This document shows positions 1 through 46,122 of a stretch of 64,000 nucleotides of DNA, in pieces. Position 1 is the first letter of the stretch, and each line of letters begins with the position of its first letter. The DNA is taken from assembly GCA_012295275.1 (NCBI GenBank), contig CM022677.1, positions 24,304,001-24,368,000 on the forward strand. The letters run 5' to 3'. A program made the position numbers and the translations under genes. The notes under the pieces are model-generated. The model was not told where the DNA came from. It saw nothing but the letters and a program-made list of their open reading frames with translations, and searched no databases. Origin of the DNA: Chrysomallon squamiferum. Taxonomy: Eukaryota > Animalia > Mollusca.

Positions 1-27
1 GACCAGAAATTTAGAAAATGATTTTCT

Positions 28-115
<88 letters not shown>

Positions 116-224
116 AAGAGAGAAAGAGAGCGATAAAGAAAAGAGAGAAAAAGAATGAAAGAGAGAGAAAGAAGAAGATACAACTAGAAGTGAACATTTG
201 ACTGATCAAGAAGAGACACAAATT

Positions 225-648
225 AGATATTCATTGCCAAAGAAAAGAACTCGAGCTGAGAGATTTTTATTTTTATTATTCAATCGAGTAATTTACTGTC
301 AAAGAAAACAATTCAAGTAAAAAAACAAACAAATTTCGGTCGAGTAATTCATTGTCAGAGAAAACGTTTCGAGTTAAGAGATTTTAATATTTTTTATTTT
401 TCAATCGAGTAATTTACTGTCAGAAACACAACTCGAGTTAAAAGATTTTAATATTTCTGTTTCAGTCGAGTAATTCACTTTCAGAAACACAACTCGAGTT
501 AACAGATTTTAATATTTTTATTTTTCAATCGAGTAATTTACTGTCAGAAACACAACTCGAGTTAAAAGATTTTAATATTTCTATTTCAATCGAGTAATTT
601 ACTGTCAGAAACACAACTCGAGTTAAGAGATTTTATTTTTTTATTTTC

Positions 649-660
<12 letters not shown>
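225..660. repeat. ~60-bp tandem repeat (~7 degenerate copies) in the 3' flank of lectin 1
   Basis: Recurring unit TTTCAATCGAGTAATTTACTGTCAGAAACACAACTCGAGTTAAAAGATTTTAATATTT; the last partial copy overlaps the lectin 1 stop codon. Confidence 0.9.
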
Positions 661-2992
<2,332 letters not shown>

Positions 2993-3758
2993 TATTTTTG
3001 CTGTCGTCGTGGTTGTCGTTGTCTTAATGTCTGTGCTGATGTTATTATTATTAAGTTAATTTAAGACTGCTGGTATGTCGAGAAATACAAGCATCATTAA
3101 AACAACGAAATGTAAAAAAAAAAAAAAAAAATTTGTATTGTTATTTGAGTATATGTTATTTATCAGTTTTAATTAATTTATATATTTGTTATATGTAAAT
3201 GAATGATAAATGACGTGAAATATAGAGAAAAGAAATAAAGTAATGTGTGTATGTGTATATATATATATATATATAAGAAGACTATTATTAAAAAAAACAT
3301 CAATAATATTACAAAAATTGAAAAACAAAATATCAAATTAAAATAACTCGAACATAATTATATAAAAAAATTACGAATTTAATTACAAAGGGAATTTTTA
3401 AAAAATACATCTAAAATAATAAAATCGAGAGTATATAATTTTATTTTTATATTAAATAATATAAATTATTTAAATTAAAATATGTTACCATTAATTTGTA
3501 TTTTTTTTTTATACATAATACGCAATTTTCGAACCAAAAAATTTACAAATTAATTAAAAGATATGAACCTTAATTTATAAAATAACAAAAATAACAAAAA
3601 ATTAAATAAATGAAAAAAAACAAAGTGAAAAAATCAAAAGTTAATTTCTATCATTTCATGTTTTAATGACGTACCTAACGTGCTTGTAGTAGCAGGCTGA
3701 AAAATAGCCAAATAATAACATCAACAAAGCCACTACAACAACAACGACAACAACAGCC

Positions 3759-5515
<1,757 letters not shown>

Positions 5516-6369
5516 GACAAGTTAAAAGATTCGTCTGATTTATTATGTGTTTGGTGTTGTTTGTTGTTTTTCACTGTAGATTGTTCTTAACCTGTCTTCT
5601 GTCTTTCGTAATCTTCTACTGTTGTATACCATTTTATAAAGTAAACAGATAAACTAATAGATGGATGGATAGATAGATAGACAGAAACTAATAGATGGAT
5701 GGATAGATAGATAGACAGACAGATAGGTAGACATAAAATATAAAAAGTTTTGTTAAAATTAACTTGTGACTAGTTTTCTTTCTTTTTTTTCTTCTTCTTT
5801 TTTGTATAGTTTTTTTCTTCTTCCTGTTCTCTTTCGGGTATACATTTTGAAAGAAACAATTTTGAAAGTTTAAATAAATAAAACATCTTTATAATTTCAT
5901 GATTGTGTTTCCCAGTTGTGTTATTATTATTATTTTAATTTTTTTATTATTATTATCGCTGTTTCAACATCTCTAATGAAATAAAAAGAAAAATTTAACT
6001 TTTTAAATTTTACTCTTTAAAATGGAAGTATTCTCTTCGCTGCTATTTGTTTTCTTTCCTCCATTCTATGGTCTTTGAAATAATAACGAAATGTTCTGTT
6101 AAGAACTTTGTATTAACTCAGTTTTCTTTGTTCCTATTCTCGTAATTATTTATAAAATAAATTGGTTTAAACTCTTTACTGAGTGTCTTTTCTTTTCTTT
6201 TTTATTTTCTTCTATTTTGTTTTTCTATTTTTTTATTTTTTATTTATTTGTTTTATTTATTTTTTTAAGATGGACTTTAATAAATGATGGATTGTTTAGT
6301 CATAATATATTGTGTAAAACAAATGATTCATGATATTTACTAATACTTAGAAATAGGTTTGATTATAGC

Positions 6370-6910
6370 TAAGAGACATCATAAGATTATAAAGTAACCA
6401 TATAGTTGCTACATAGTGACAGAACGATATTTTCTTTGAAAGTAATGACGTCACAAAACCTACTAACTCATCATAAAAATTGTTAATAACAATACGATGC
6501 TTTCTTCGATTTGTATGACGTCACAATGTCTAATGATATTAATAAATTGTTTTACATTAAGACTCATTTAGTCGAAACAGTACGATGGTTCTTTTAAAAG
6601 GAATGACGTCACAGTACGTACTAACAATAAATTGTTTTATATCAGTTTAAATGCTGTCATAAGATTAACTAATAAATTTTTTTATTAGATTGATGACATC
6701 ATAAAACATACTAATAATTTTAAATTGTCTGGTGATTAGAGTTTCTTGATGACGTCACTTTACTGCTAATAATAATAAATGTATTTACTTCAAGTTAAAT
6801 GATGTCATAACACTTCATAATAACAATAAGATGCTTTCTTAGAAATATAATGACGTCACTATGCTAATAAATTGTTCTACACGAAAATAACCTATGACGT
6901 CACAATATCT
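6370..6910. promoter_or_regulatory. Degenerate tandem array carrying six perfect CRE/ATF palindromes (TGACGTCA)
   Basis: TGACGTCA at 6446, 6516, 6604, 6750, 6851, 6895; near-matches TGACATCA (6694) and TGATGTCA (6800); similar flanks (...CTAATAATAAATTGTT). The motifs are seen directly; regulatory function is inferred. Confidence 0.5.
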
Positions 6911-7465
6911 TTAAAATATTAAACAGAATATTTCAGTCTGATTAAATCACAACAAGAAGAAAACAACAATAAAAATACAGCAGCTTATAAAACAAAGTGA
7001 AATGATAAACATGGGGGGATTCAGATGACCTGGGGTCAACTGCCCTCCCACACAACGGCAAAACAGTAAGGAAAAAAAAATAAGAAAAAAGAAAACCATA
7101 TTTCTTTTAACCTGTCTATTGTGTGATTCCAGCTTTGTGTCGTAAACTGATAAAATGACTTTTTTGTTAGAAAAATGAACCCGTGTTTTTACTGTGTAAA
7201 ACTGCTGGCTTTTCATCCTCTTAACCCTTTACGTTTTCATTGTTACTGTTATTTCTGCAAATACTACTACCTCTACGGCTGCTGCTGCTGCTACTGCTAC
7301 TACTACTTCTACTCAACTGCTACTACTACTACTACTACTACTACTACACATACCACTACTATTGTTGTTGTTGATATTTTTTATTATTACTATTACTACT
7401 GCAATTACTACTATTACGACTACTACTATTATTATTATTACTACTATTACTTTAATGATTACTAT

Positions 7466-7525
<60 letters not shown>

Positions 7526-7812
7526 GTTATTATTATCATCATTTGTCAACGAGTATTAATTATTTTAATTACTATTTTCTGTTAATTAAGATATTCTGTT
7601 GCACTCATTACCGCTAATTTACAACCTATTAATTACGTAATATAGGAGGGTTTTTTTTTTTTTTTTTTTATTTTTTTTTATTTTCTCTATTATCTGGTAT
7701 CTGTAATAAAATACATCAATGAACCGAAAATTATTAAAAAAAAAACACAAAGTTGCACACAGTATCGATTAACAACATTAATTTAACTTCACTATTTCAT
7801 GGGTTACATATA

Positions 7813-7863
<51 letters not shown>

Positions 7864-8491
7864 GACTGTGTTTCTGTGTATGACATATAGATCGATAGCT
7901 AGCTAGATAGATTAGACAGCAGATACATACACACACACACACACGTAACTACGTACGTACGTACATAATACATACATATATACATACATACATACATACA
8001 TGGATGGATGGAAGGATGCGTGGATTGGTAGACGAATGAATGAAAGGATAGACAGACAGACAGACAATCAAACTGATAGGTAGGTAGGTGGGTCGATAAG
8101 CAGATGTAATGAATACACACATATACACTAAGAAATGTTATGATATGAAAGATAGCTATGAATGTTTCAGTGATGAAAAGATCAAGATAATGAAGACCAT
8201 CATGATCTGAACACTAAAAAAATAATAATTCACAAACAATTATTATGATAACGAAGATGATAACAATAATAAAACGTAATTAAAGGAAATTCAAATTGAA
8301 ATTAAAAAGATAGCTTCTTCCAAAAACTAAATAGAAATATATAATTCCGCGAAACTATGTTTCGAAAATACAATATAGACTTACGCCTACACACACACGC
8401 ACACACGCAACCACACAAGTTAATTATAAGAATTAACACTTCAATGACAATTATACAGCAATTAAATTCCTTTTTATTTTTATTTATTTTA

Positions 8492-8537
<46 letters not shown>

Positions 8538-8880
8538 ATTATTATTATTATTATTATTATCATTTTATTTTATTTTATTTTTTTGATTAATTTAATTTTA
8601 ATTTGACTGTCAAGGTGAAGATTTTTTTTTTAATTTAATTACAAATTTGATACAAATAAATGTTAAAACTAATTATAATATCATGATTTTTTTCAATCGT
8701 TTAATGACTTTGGAATAAACAATTAAAAAATTAAAAAGTTTATATAATAAAGTTATTATTGTAAATTACATATCATTTCTACATGACATTATTTTATTAT
8801 TTGTAAAATTATATTAATTAGAATTTCTTCTTCTTTTTTTTTTTTGACAATAAATATATTTTGTACTGTTATTATTGTTA

Positions 8881-8929
<49 letters not shown>

Positions 8930-8939
8930 TATTATTATT

Positions 8940-8987
<48 letters not shown>

Positions 8988-9109
8988 CTCATTAAATAAA
9001 GACAGAGAGTAGGACGGACTTACGGACAACAAAGTGAGAGTTGATAGATTGATGGATAGACAGACAGACCGATAAACAGATGGAAGATGGAAAGATGGTT
9101 AGATGATAC

Positions 9110-9215
<106 letters not shown>

Positions 9216-9354
9216 GACAGACACGTAAATAGACGGACAACTCAATGGACATTTGGATGAATAGACAGATCAGCAGATTCATAAACCTACATATAATGTA
9301 AACTTTTTAAATATTATATATATATATATAAGTTTATTGTTTTATCATTATTAT

Positions 9355-9387
<33 letters not shown>

Positions 9388-9519
9388 ATCGGATATATTT
9401 TTTCCCCTAACAGGTTATTACAGAATAATAATTAAGAACGAATTCTGTTGTAACAAATAACAAATGTTAGCAGTAAACGACTGAGTGGTCGGTGACATCA
9501 ACATCTCCGTAGAGACAAC

Positions 9520-11983
<2,464 letters not shown>

Positions 11984-12085
11984 AAGAACGAAATTAAAAC
12001 GAAAAAGAAAAAAAACCAAGACAAAGTCCGTTCTGTTCTGAATTCATTTATTTGTCGTTGTGTGTTAGTTAATGTGTGTGTTTGG

Positions 12086-12180
<95 letters not shown>

Positions 12181-12478
12181 TACCTTTTATGCCTATACGG
12201 TAAAACAAACAAACAAAAACGAAAAATCCTTGTTTTACCGACACTATTATTATCTATGGAAGATCGAATACTAATGAATTATCTATCTGTCATGTTGAAG
12301 TTCTCAGAGATTCAGTGCCACTATTTCTACTGCGACTCGGAATGACTTAAGCCAAGTCTTAAACCACTTCTCTGCAGTTTGATTTTCATTCGACTTATCT
12401 GTTAATCTGGAGTTACGTTAGGGGTGTTTGAGGCTGATGTAAATGAAAAATAAGAAACTACAGTTAGGCTGATATAGT

Positions 12479-12598
<120 letters not shown>

Positions 12599-12724
12599 AG
12601 AACAGAAAGGAAGAAACAGACTATGAATAAGAAACGAAGATGGATACAGATAGAAAGAAGGAATGAATGAATGATTAAGGTCACCCCAGGGCAAGAGACA
12701 ATTCAGAGACTGAGATAAATAAAG

Positions 12725-12725
12725 C

Positions 12726-12804
<79 letters not shown>

Positions 12805-12806
12805 GA

Positions 12807-12878
<72 letters not shown>

Positions 12879-12966
12879 TAATAATAATGATAATAATAGA
12901 AATAATAATAATAATAATAACAACAATAATAACGATAATAATAATAATAGAAATAATAATAATAGA

Positions 12967-12998
<32 letters not shown>

Positions 12999-13096
12999 TA
13001 ATAATAATAATAATAATAAATAATAATGATAATAATAGAAATAATAATAATAATAATAATAATTACAACAATAATAACGATAATAATAATAATAGA

Positions 13097-13134
<38 letters not shown>

Positions 13135-13232
13135 TAATAATAATAATAATAAATAATAATAATAATAATAATAATAGAAATAATAATAATAATAATAATA
13201 ACAACAATAATAACGATAATAATAATAATAGA

Positions 13233-13263
<31 letters not shown>

Positions 13264-13265
13264 GA

Positions 13266-13305
<40 letters not shown>

Positions 13306-13435
13306 TAATAATAATAATAATAGAAATAATAATAATAATAATAATAGTAATAATAATAGAAATAATAATAACAACAATAACAACAACGACAACAAGAATA
13401 ATAATAACAATATTAATAGTAATAACAATAATAAT
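12725..13435. repeat. (AAT)n-dominated compound microsatellite with higher-order repetition
   Basis: Directly visible; blocks such as AATGATAATAATAGAAAT...ACAACAATAATAACGATAAT recur about three times. Confidence 0.95.
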
Positions 13436-13667
13436 GATCATGATGATGATGACGACGATGATAGTTAAAATAAAGATGACGATGGTCATCATAATAATAT
13501 GATGATGATACTGATAACGATGATGTTGAGGTTAATGATGTTGGCGATGATGATGGTTATATTAATTTGGTTATATTAATCCATAATAATTCGAAGATGT
13601 AAGTAAAACGTCTATCTGTAAAAGTGGTGCTACTTCTTTTTTTTTAATTTTTTGTTGTTGTTTTTCA

Positions 13668-13708
<41 letters not shown>

Positions 13709-14033
13709 AAATATTTTTGAAAAGACTAATGTAGACAAAAATATGTAATAGAAAGCTCAAACTGCTTTTAAACATTCAAAATATGTTTAAATAATTAAAT
13801 AATTAATAAAAATTAATTTATGATAATATTTTTTACTTTTATTTCTTTTGAAGTACAGTTATTTTAATTTGTTTCGTTTTTTTTATTATTATTATTACTA
13901 TTTTTTTATTTATTTTTTTTTTTTTATTGTGAACTTAATTACGTGTTCTATCTCAGTCTGACGTATTGTCGAGGTCGTCGTTATTTCCGAGTACCAGTGT
14001 GTGCAGCAGATGAAAATTTTGTTTCAAACAAAG

Positions 14034-15971
<1,938 letters not shown>

Positions 15972-16227
15972 AGAAAAATAATAAAGTTTCACAGTCTGAA
16001 GATCTAGTTCTGCTTACGAGATGAAAATAAACTCCAAAAGTGAAATCTGTCTGTGTTTATTTATTGGTTTTCATTTGAGATAAATTTTAGTAGAATTGTT
16101 ACGTAAAAATGAAGGGTTAATTTGTAATTGTAATGATAAAAATAAACGTTTGGGTTAGTTTGTATAATTAACAGTTAATAACGGTATCAACAATAATAAA
16201 TTTATATAATAATAATAATAAGAAGAA

Positions 16228-16258
<31 letters not shown>

Positions 16259-16629
16259 AAGAAGAAGAAATAATAATAATAATAAAAAGGACAACAAAAA
16301 ACAGTACTAATAGTAATAACTGTAACGATAATAATAAATAACAACAGCAACAATAATTAAAACAATAATAAAGATAGATAAAGAAAAATATTTTACTACC
16401 TTCAAATCAAAACAAAGCAGAAGTTAAAAATATGCTTACAATAATCAAACCATTGACCTAAGCAATCTTACTCGTTCTTAATAGTTTATGGTGACAATCA
16501 TCTTCTGTTTCTTAGCAACGAATTACGCATGTCGAATTATCGTTGTTTCCGGAATGTCGTTGCTAATGCAGACGTGTCAAAATTTGATTAGGCAATCTTC
16601 CCTGTTGTTTATTTTACTACTAATTAAGC

Positions 16630-16678
<49 letters not shown>

Positions 16679-17994
16679 TTATTTATTTATTTATTTATTT
16701 ATTTATTTGTTTATTGATGTAGGTTTCTAGAGACGTTCATGACATTATGTTTTGTTATGTCACGTACAAACCGATTATTATTTTAAAGAAAACATCTAAT
16801 AAATAAATAAATAAAAAAATAAAAAAATTCCCATAAGTTTTTTTTTATTCGAATAAGAACTTCGATTACGGATTAAAAAACAATTTTAAGTGCTCAAGAT
16901 AACATGGCGGAATTTAACAGATCAGATCTTAGAGAATGACTGTAGTCCAGTGGTTGGTTTATAGGTCTACTTTTATGGGCATAATATTAGAGGGTCGGTC
17001 AACAAATAAAAATTAAAATGACCACTGAGTTTTATCAACATTTAGGTATAATAAAATGTATTGAATTTTACACAAACTTAATAAAAATAAATAGAAATAA
17101 ATACACCCATTGTACACACACACATACTCACAATGTACATACATCCATGCCTGCATACAACAACGAACACAACATAGACAAAATATTCATTGTCTGTATA
17201 TATCTTTTTTATTGCATCAATAGTAACACCTGTATACAAAAACAAAGCAATTTCTTAGTTCATGAAAGTTAAGTTTTAATAAACAAACCTCAAAAATAAA
17301 GTTAAATAATATTAAAATTTTATATATAAATAAATATATTATTTCTAATAGAGCTTGCTCTTCAGATATTTTAGTGGTTCTTTGTTAATATTGTTAACCT
17401 TTAAAACTCAGATGAAATTAAATAAAAGCAGATTTATAAAAAAACAAATTAATGATAAACAATAAATTACAAATGTAACTGAAACAAATTTTTAAAAATA
17501 ATTATAAAAATAGAATTTACAATTCTTTTAATAATTTCATTTTAAAAATGACTAATTTTGAAGAAATATTACTGTTTGTTAAATACATAACAAGAAGTTA
17601 AAACAAAATAAAACAAACAAATTTATAATAATAATAATAATAGCAGTAATAATAATACATTAATTGTGTTTACTGTTTACACTGCTCGTAACTTGCATAA
17701 GAAGAAACAGATAATAATCTCTTCTGAATAAATCAATTGAAGATATTTTATTTTTCTATATCAAAATTAGGGCATGTGGATTTTTCACTCAGTCAGACAC
17801 ACACACACACACACACACAGACAAATGTACTTGTACTCACAGCAATAATGAGGAAGAAATCACCATATATATTTCATTGTTAAAACAATCTTTTGTTATT
17901 ATCACCTTTCAGAAATTTCTAACATTTCATTTTATCTTTTCTTTCAATCTGATATAATTCATTTGGTTTATCTTTTCATCCTTTCTTCTTTCTT

Positions 17995-18695
17995 TCATAA
18001 TTCTGTCCTTCTTTGTGTATTATTGTCGTCCTCTTTTCCCTTCTTCTTTTTTTCTTTGTCTTTCTCAGATTTTTTGTCTTTTTTTGTAGTAGTATTTTTA
18101 TCTTTTTTATCTTCACTTTTCTTTTTGTCACCTGTTTTCTTCTTTTCGTTTTTTTTATTATCTTTATCCTAAAATAAAAATATTAAAATTTAAAAAACAT
18201 AACTATTAATAACAATAACAATAAAAAAAAAAAAATAATAATAAAAATTGCAACAACAATAATAATATTCAACTAAAAACTTACTGTTTTTACATAAAAA
18301 CTAAATATTTTTTTTTTTTTTTTTTTTTTATATATATATATATATACATAGATATATGCTTTTTTCTTAGGTTTTTTCTGTTGTGATGTTCATATTGTTT
18401 TTTGTTTTTTCTTTGGGATTTTTTTTTAGTATTCATTGAAATAACTCGTGAATCATTATGTCATTAACTTCATTTTGATACCATCTCCACTACTTTTCAG
18501 CTTTTGTGGTTTCAAATCTATGCCTAGTTAAAAATAAACTGTAGAACATGCATCAACCTATAAATATAAAAACATTCACCCTTAAAAAGGAAAATATTCA
18601 AAACCTATGAACAGGAAAATAGATTTCATCTTATAAACAGGAAAAACAAATCTTCTTACAAGCAGAAAAAAAATGTATTCTCCTTTCAATACCTG

Positions 18696-18730
<35 letters not shown>

Positions 18731-19085
18731 TGCTATAAATATGACGACACACATACCCTCCTATAAACAGCTATACTACTGCACAGTGAACATAAACCTA
18801 CTATAAAAAAGAACTCATTCACTTTATTATTAACAGAATATATAAACTGGACATACTCTTCTATAAAATGAACATACACCCTCCTATAACATATGAAGAA
18901 CATTCACTCTGTAATATTAAAAATCACTTACATAGACCTATCTACAAACAGAATATACATTCCTATCACTGGTAAAACATATTCCTGTAGTTACAACAAA
19001 AAAACTCCTTAGAATCAGTAGAACATACTCTGTCCAACAAAACATAAGAATATACACTCGCCTATATGTATTTATCTATCCATCC

Positions 19086-19160
<75 letters not shown>

Positions 19161-19991
19161 ATATACTTCTATCTTTAACTAACTGCATACAAACTGTCAA
19201 CTAAAACAGAAATCAGCCATATTCAACACCTGCTGAGATTTGAACCTGCAAGCTCACAGACAGATTTAAAAAGAAAAACTCACTGCTGTCTTAGCTCCTT
19301 TCCCCGGATAGCTCTGCCCGTCTATCGTCACTTCAGCACATTTGTCCTGTTGTATGAGAAAGTTTTTCACATCCCAAGCCTTGGCGCCATCAGGAACCAT
19401 GAACAGGACGCGGTTTGGTCCAACGATGTACCTGAAAGACGACAACAAGAGAGAATTCCACGTTTAAAACAACAGAGTGACATTTCAGAGAATAGCTTGA
19501 ATGTCGTTTTGAACCCAGTATCGAAGAATGAGCTGCGATAAAATGTCTTTTTTTAGATCACAGACGATGAATAAAAATTTTTCACTTAACCATTTTTGTT
19601 GTTGTTACCATTATTATTATATTATTATTATTACTATTATTATTAGTACTTATACTACTACTACTGCAATGACTACTATGTTGTTATTATTATTAAAATT
19701 ATTGTTACTATTATTTGTACAAGAAAGTAATTTCACACAATCTACTTTCACTGATAACTGATGCCAAATTTTAAAATGTTGACTATGATGATGGTATATA
19801 TGATATAAGGGAGACAACTAACAAGGTGTTACAACAATGGAATTTTAAAGATAATAGACATAAATTAAAATTACAAAAATGAATCAACACAGAATATGAT
19901 TCTATAAAATAAAAAAAAAAATAAAAAAAATAAAAAATAAATATTAAATCAACAAAAAAATATATAAACAAACAAATGAACAACAGTTAAA

Positions 19992-20022
<31 letters not shown>

Positions 20023-20129
20023 AAATAAATAAATAATAAATAAATATTAAAGAAATAAATAAATATTAAATAAATATTAAATAAATAAATAATAAATAAT
20101 AAATATTAAATAAGTAAATAAATAAATAA

Positions 20130-20162
<33 letters not shown>

Positions 20163-20241
20163 AAATAAATAATAAATAAGTAAATAAATAAATATTAAAT
20201 AAGTAAATAAATAAATAAATAAATAATAAATAAATAAATAA

Positions 20242-20280
<39 letters not shown>

Positions 20281-20777
20281 AAAACAGAAGAAACTGTTAT
20301 GTCTACCTCTGCAGTTCAAGATGAGCGTTGAACATGCTGGACTGCCACAAAGCTGTGATAGACTCTGTCTCCTTTTCTGTCGGGTCTCCTGAGTAAATAA
20401 ATATATAAAATAAAATAAATAAAATATATATAAAACAAGAATAATTTCAAAATTAACAATGCTATTTCAGCATAGTAATTATTGCAAAAGTCAGAATAAA
20501 AAAAACCAAGAACATAATTACAAAAATATAAAAGATAAATAAGTGTGATGCACAATACAAGTTAACAATTACTAATAGAGTAGAGTAATTAGATGGATTT
20601 GCTAATACATCAAAATGTTAAAGAAATGGAGAAGAATTTTAATTAAAAAATACTTCGTACTTTGTATTTTTACTTGAATTTTTATATTCATTGTGATGAC
20701 AGTAACAGAGAGCAAGAAACTTCACTTATTAATTTTCATAAAACACATACATATGTCTCCCTCCCCATACATTCAGA

Positions 20778-20851
<74 letters not shown>

Positions 20852-21123
20852 ATACTGGTACAACTAATGTGACTGATATGAGGCTAGATTAAAAACCTGC
20901 GACTGTGGCAAACATCATGAGTGACTTCCCCTTCTTGGTCATGCGAAGGACACTTTCGGGGTCGTCCAGGTTCAGTTTGCTCATGTCTATCGGCTGAGGT
21001 TTGCGCTTCCACTCTGGTTGTTCATCCTCCTCCAGAGGCTCATCGTCTTCTTCCTGTCAAAATCATTCATTTAGAAATAAATTACATGTCTGAGGAATGT
21101 GGAGCAGTTTGCTGTTATACCAC

Positions 21124-21190
<67 letters not shown>

Positions 21191-22513
21191 GAGAGAGAGA
21201 GAGAGAGGTCAGAGAATGCTTGTGTGTGCATGTGTTTGTCAGACTGTTTGAATCTCTGTGTGTGTGTGTGTGTTTGTGTGTGTTATGTCTGTGTTTGAGA
21301 TGAGTGTGTATCTGTATGTATGTGTGTGTAGAAAGATAGTAACTACAGTAAGGGACATGTATTGCTTGTAACAACATGAAGAGTTTATGAAAGGGACACA
21401 GAGAGAGATAACAACATACTTGTGTGTGTGTCTTTGTGTATACATGTAGGTAGGCAGATGGTTATGGATCTAGACAAACAGAATGAAAAAACAGATATAT
21501 AGTTAGATAGATAGATGGAAGGATAGACATACAATAAAATGAACTAGAGAACTTAGAATGCTAAAGAATTCTTCACAAATTGTAATTTAAAAAACATAAT
21601 CTAGGGAAACAAAATATTCAGCTAAATAGCAGTAACAAAATACATGATGTTAATAAATAATTAATTACAAATGGAGGCATTTTAGATTTTTTGTAAACAC
21701 ACACAAATAAAAAACACTAAACAAAAAGAACAAAAACAAAAAAACAAAAAAAATCCTGATATTAACTTTATCTGCAACAACATATCAGGTTTCAAAGTTT
21801 AAATAAATAATAAATGTTCAGATAAATGAGGCAATTTTTTTTCCAAAGCAGTTAATAAAATATTAACAAATGTGAAAACTTTACACAGAGATAACAGAAA
21901 AATACTTTCTATCCATATTTTGTCTTTATATTTAAAATTCATTATCAAGAACTCTGAAACCTAATATTTTAAAGATAAGTTTTTGAAAGATAAGCATGAT
22001 ACATGATATTATTATTTTTCTTTTTTTCATTTTTATTCCAATAAATTAATTAGAGCCAAAAATATTTTATATACCTTTCTATAATTATTTTTCTTGAGAA
22101 ATTTAAAAAGTATATATTTGAAAGAAATATTGTTTTCATGATTTTTATTACGAACCACTAATAAATTTAAAATAAAATAAAATAATAATTAGTTATAACT
22201 ACTATTTATATATATTTGTATTAATAATAATTGTAGTACAGTAGAATCACAAAATTTACTATTAGTAGTAAAACTGTAAATTAAGTAATACAGATTTAAG
22301 ATTATACACCCACTTCGCTACGTAGTGACTTACCCACTGCTCGTAAAGTCTTTCCAAATCCCCTTCGTTATAGTCTGTAATATCTTTTTTCTTCCATTTT
22401 TCTTCTTCTGGTTCCTTTTCGGTTTTCTTTTGTTTACCTTTCTTTTCTGTAACAGCGGCAATAATGAATAAAGAAAACAATAAAACGAAACAAACTTGCA
22501 CGCTCGTACACAT
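17995..22513 (-). CDS. MESD: LDLR/LRP chaperone MESD (boca), 5 coding exons, ~246 aa
   Basis: Exons (minus) 22513-22334 signal peptide + KKKDITDYNEGDLERLYEQW; 21053-20897 EEDDEPLEEDEQPEWKRK...DPESVLRMTKKGKSLMMFATVA; 20388-20307 GDPTEKETESITALWQSSMFNAHLELQR; 19431-19284 YIVGPNRVLFMVPDGAKAWDVKNFLIQQDKCAEVTIDGQSYPGKG; 18168-17995 Lys-rich tail ending RRTEL* (KDEL-like). Motifs match the Mesd family throughout and all phases are consistent. Confidence 0.96.
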
Positions 22514-22800
22514 TGTTGAATTTTCGTACAGTTCGTGTGCGATTACGATTGGAGTTTTAAAGTATTCGGAACAGTTCGTTATACTGCCGGTGTCTGTTAT
22601 TAAAGAAAAAACGAAAATCATCCGTTACGGAAAAACACGAAGGCGTGTCTCGTTCAGCGCTTCAAAGAAAATAACCTGTATAGTATTTAGTTTACCAGTC
22701 AATTATGGAAGACGGAAGTTGATTTAGAAACCGATGACTGAAAATAAGATAAACATAAACATTTGACAGTTAAAATGAGGTTCAATTTTTGAAGGTATTG
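22514..22800. promoter_or_regulatory. Putative bidirectional promoter shared by MESD and USP8
   Basis: CpG-enriched patch relative to its flanks, ETS-type CGGAAGT at 22713-22719, and a candidate donor AAG|GTATTG at 22794/22795 for a non-coding USP8 first exon; the two start codons are ~1.1 kb apart and divergent. Confidence 0.55.
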
Positions 22801-23592
22801 CATTGAATATTTATTCATTAAATATTTTTGTATTCTGTCAATATCACAATTTGTTTGTATGTGACTTTAAGAAAAAAAGAAAAGCAAAATGAAATTGACA
22901 TTAGTAATAAAAAGCAAATCATGTGAATATGAATTTATGATGAATCTCGAAATTCGAAACCGGAGTCGTATCAAAATTGATTTCTACACCTTACATTTTT
23001 TGGTCCGTGAATTGGATTTCAGCTTTATTTTTTTATGTTTCAATATAGCTTCTTTTATAAGGAAGATCAGAAAATTATGAATTTTGTTTTTCAAATTTAT
23101 TAAATTTATTTTTTATTATTATTTATTTAACTTTATTCTATTATTACATTTTTCTTTAATTGATTAAATATTACTCAATAAATAAACAAACAAACAAATA
23201 AATAAATAATAAAATCAGTAATGTAATATTTTATTACATGGCTTAAAACTATTGTTATTTAAAAGAACAAACCTCAGTTTGCACATGCAGTATGTGCCTT
23301 TTAGGCCAAAGCTGTTTGTTCCAGCCCACAGGATAAAAGTAATAAATACACACATATATAAAAGTTACATGATCAAAGCAGTACAATTACATGAACCAAA
23401 TATTGCTTATAAAATATAGAAGTTCTATGTGGAATAACGAAATTTGTTATATTCTGTATTTGCCATTATAATAGTGTATTTCAGTTTGTTATTTAATAAG
23501 TCTTTGCACTTTCTGTTTTCAGAGATTTTTCCAACAGTCTTCAAGCAAAGTGAAAAAAAATAAAAGAAACAAAAAGAAACAAAACTACAAAA

Positions 23593-45870
<22,278 letters not shown>

Positions 45871-45874
<4 letters not shown>

Positions 45875-46122
45875 TTGGTTGAGACAGGCTGCTGTCTGCA
45901 TGTGATTGGCTGATATGACTCTTATCAGAATGTGATTGGCTGAGGTGACATTAACTGGATATGACTGGTTGATATCTGCTGTTACTAGGATATGATTGGT
46001 TGATATGGTACTGTTTGGATATGATTGGTCGATACTGGCTGTCATCTGGATAAGTTGATTGGTTTGTGCTGTTACTAAGATATTATTGGTTGAAATGGTG
46101 TTATCTGGATATGATTGGTTAT
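45871..46122. repeat. ~30-bp degenerate tandem repeat (~9 copies, core TGATTGGTTGA) starting at the USP8 stop codon
   Basis: Core or a variant near 45872, 45903, 45933, 45962, 45993, 46022, 46056, 46083, 46112. Confidence 0.85.

Noticed and set aside
19220-19262. Pol III B-box-like GGTTCAAATC on the minus strand (tRNA or SINE?)
   Set aside because: No A-box or cloverleaf recognisable; too short to call.
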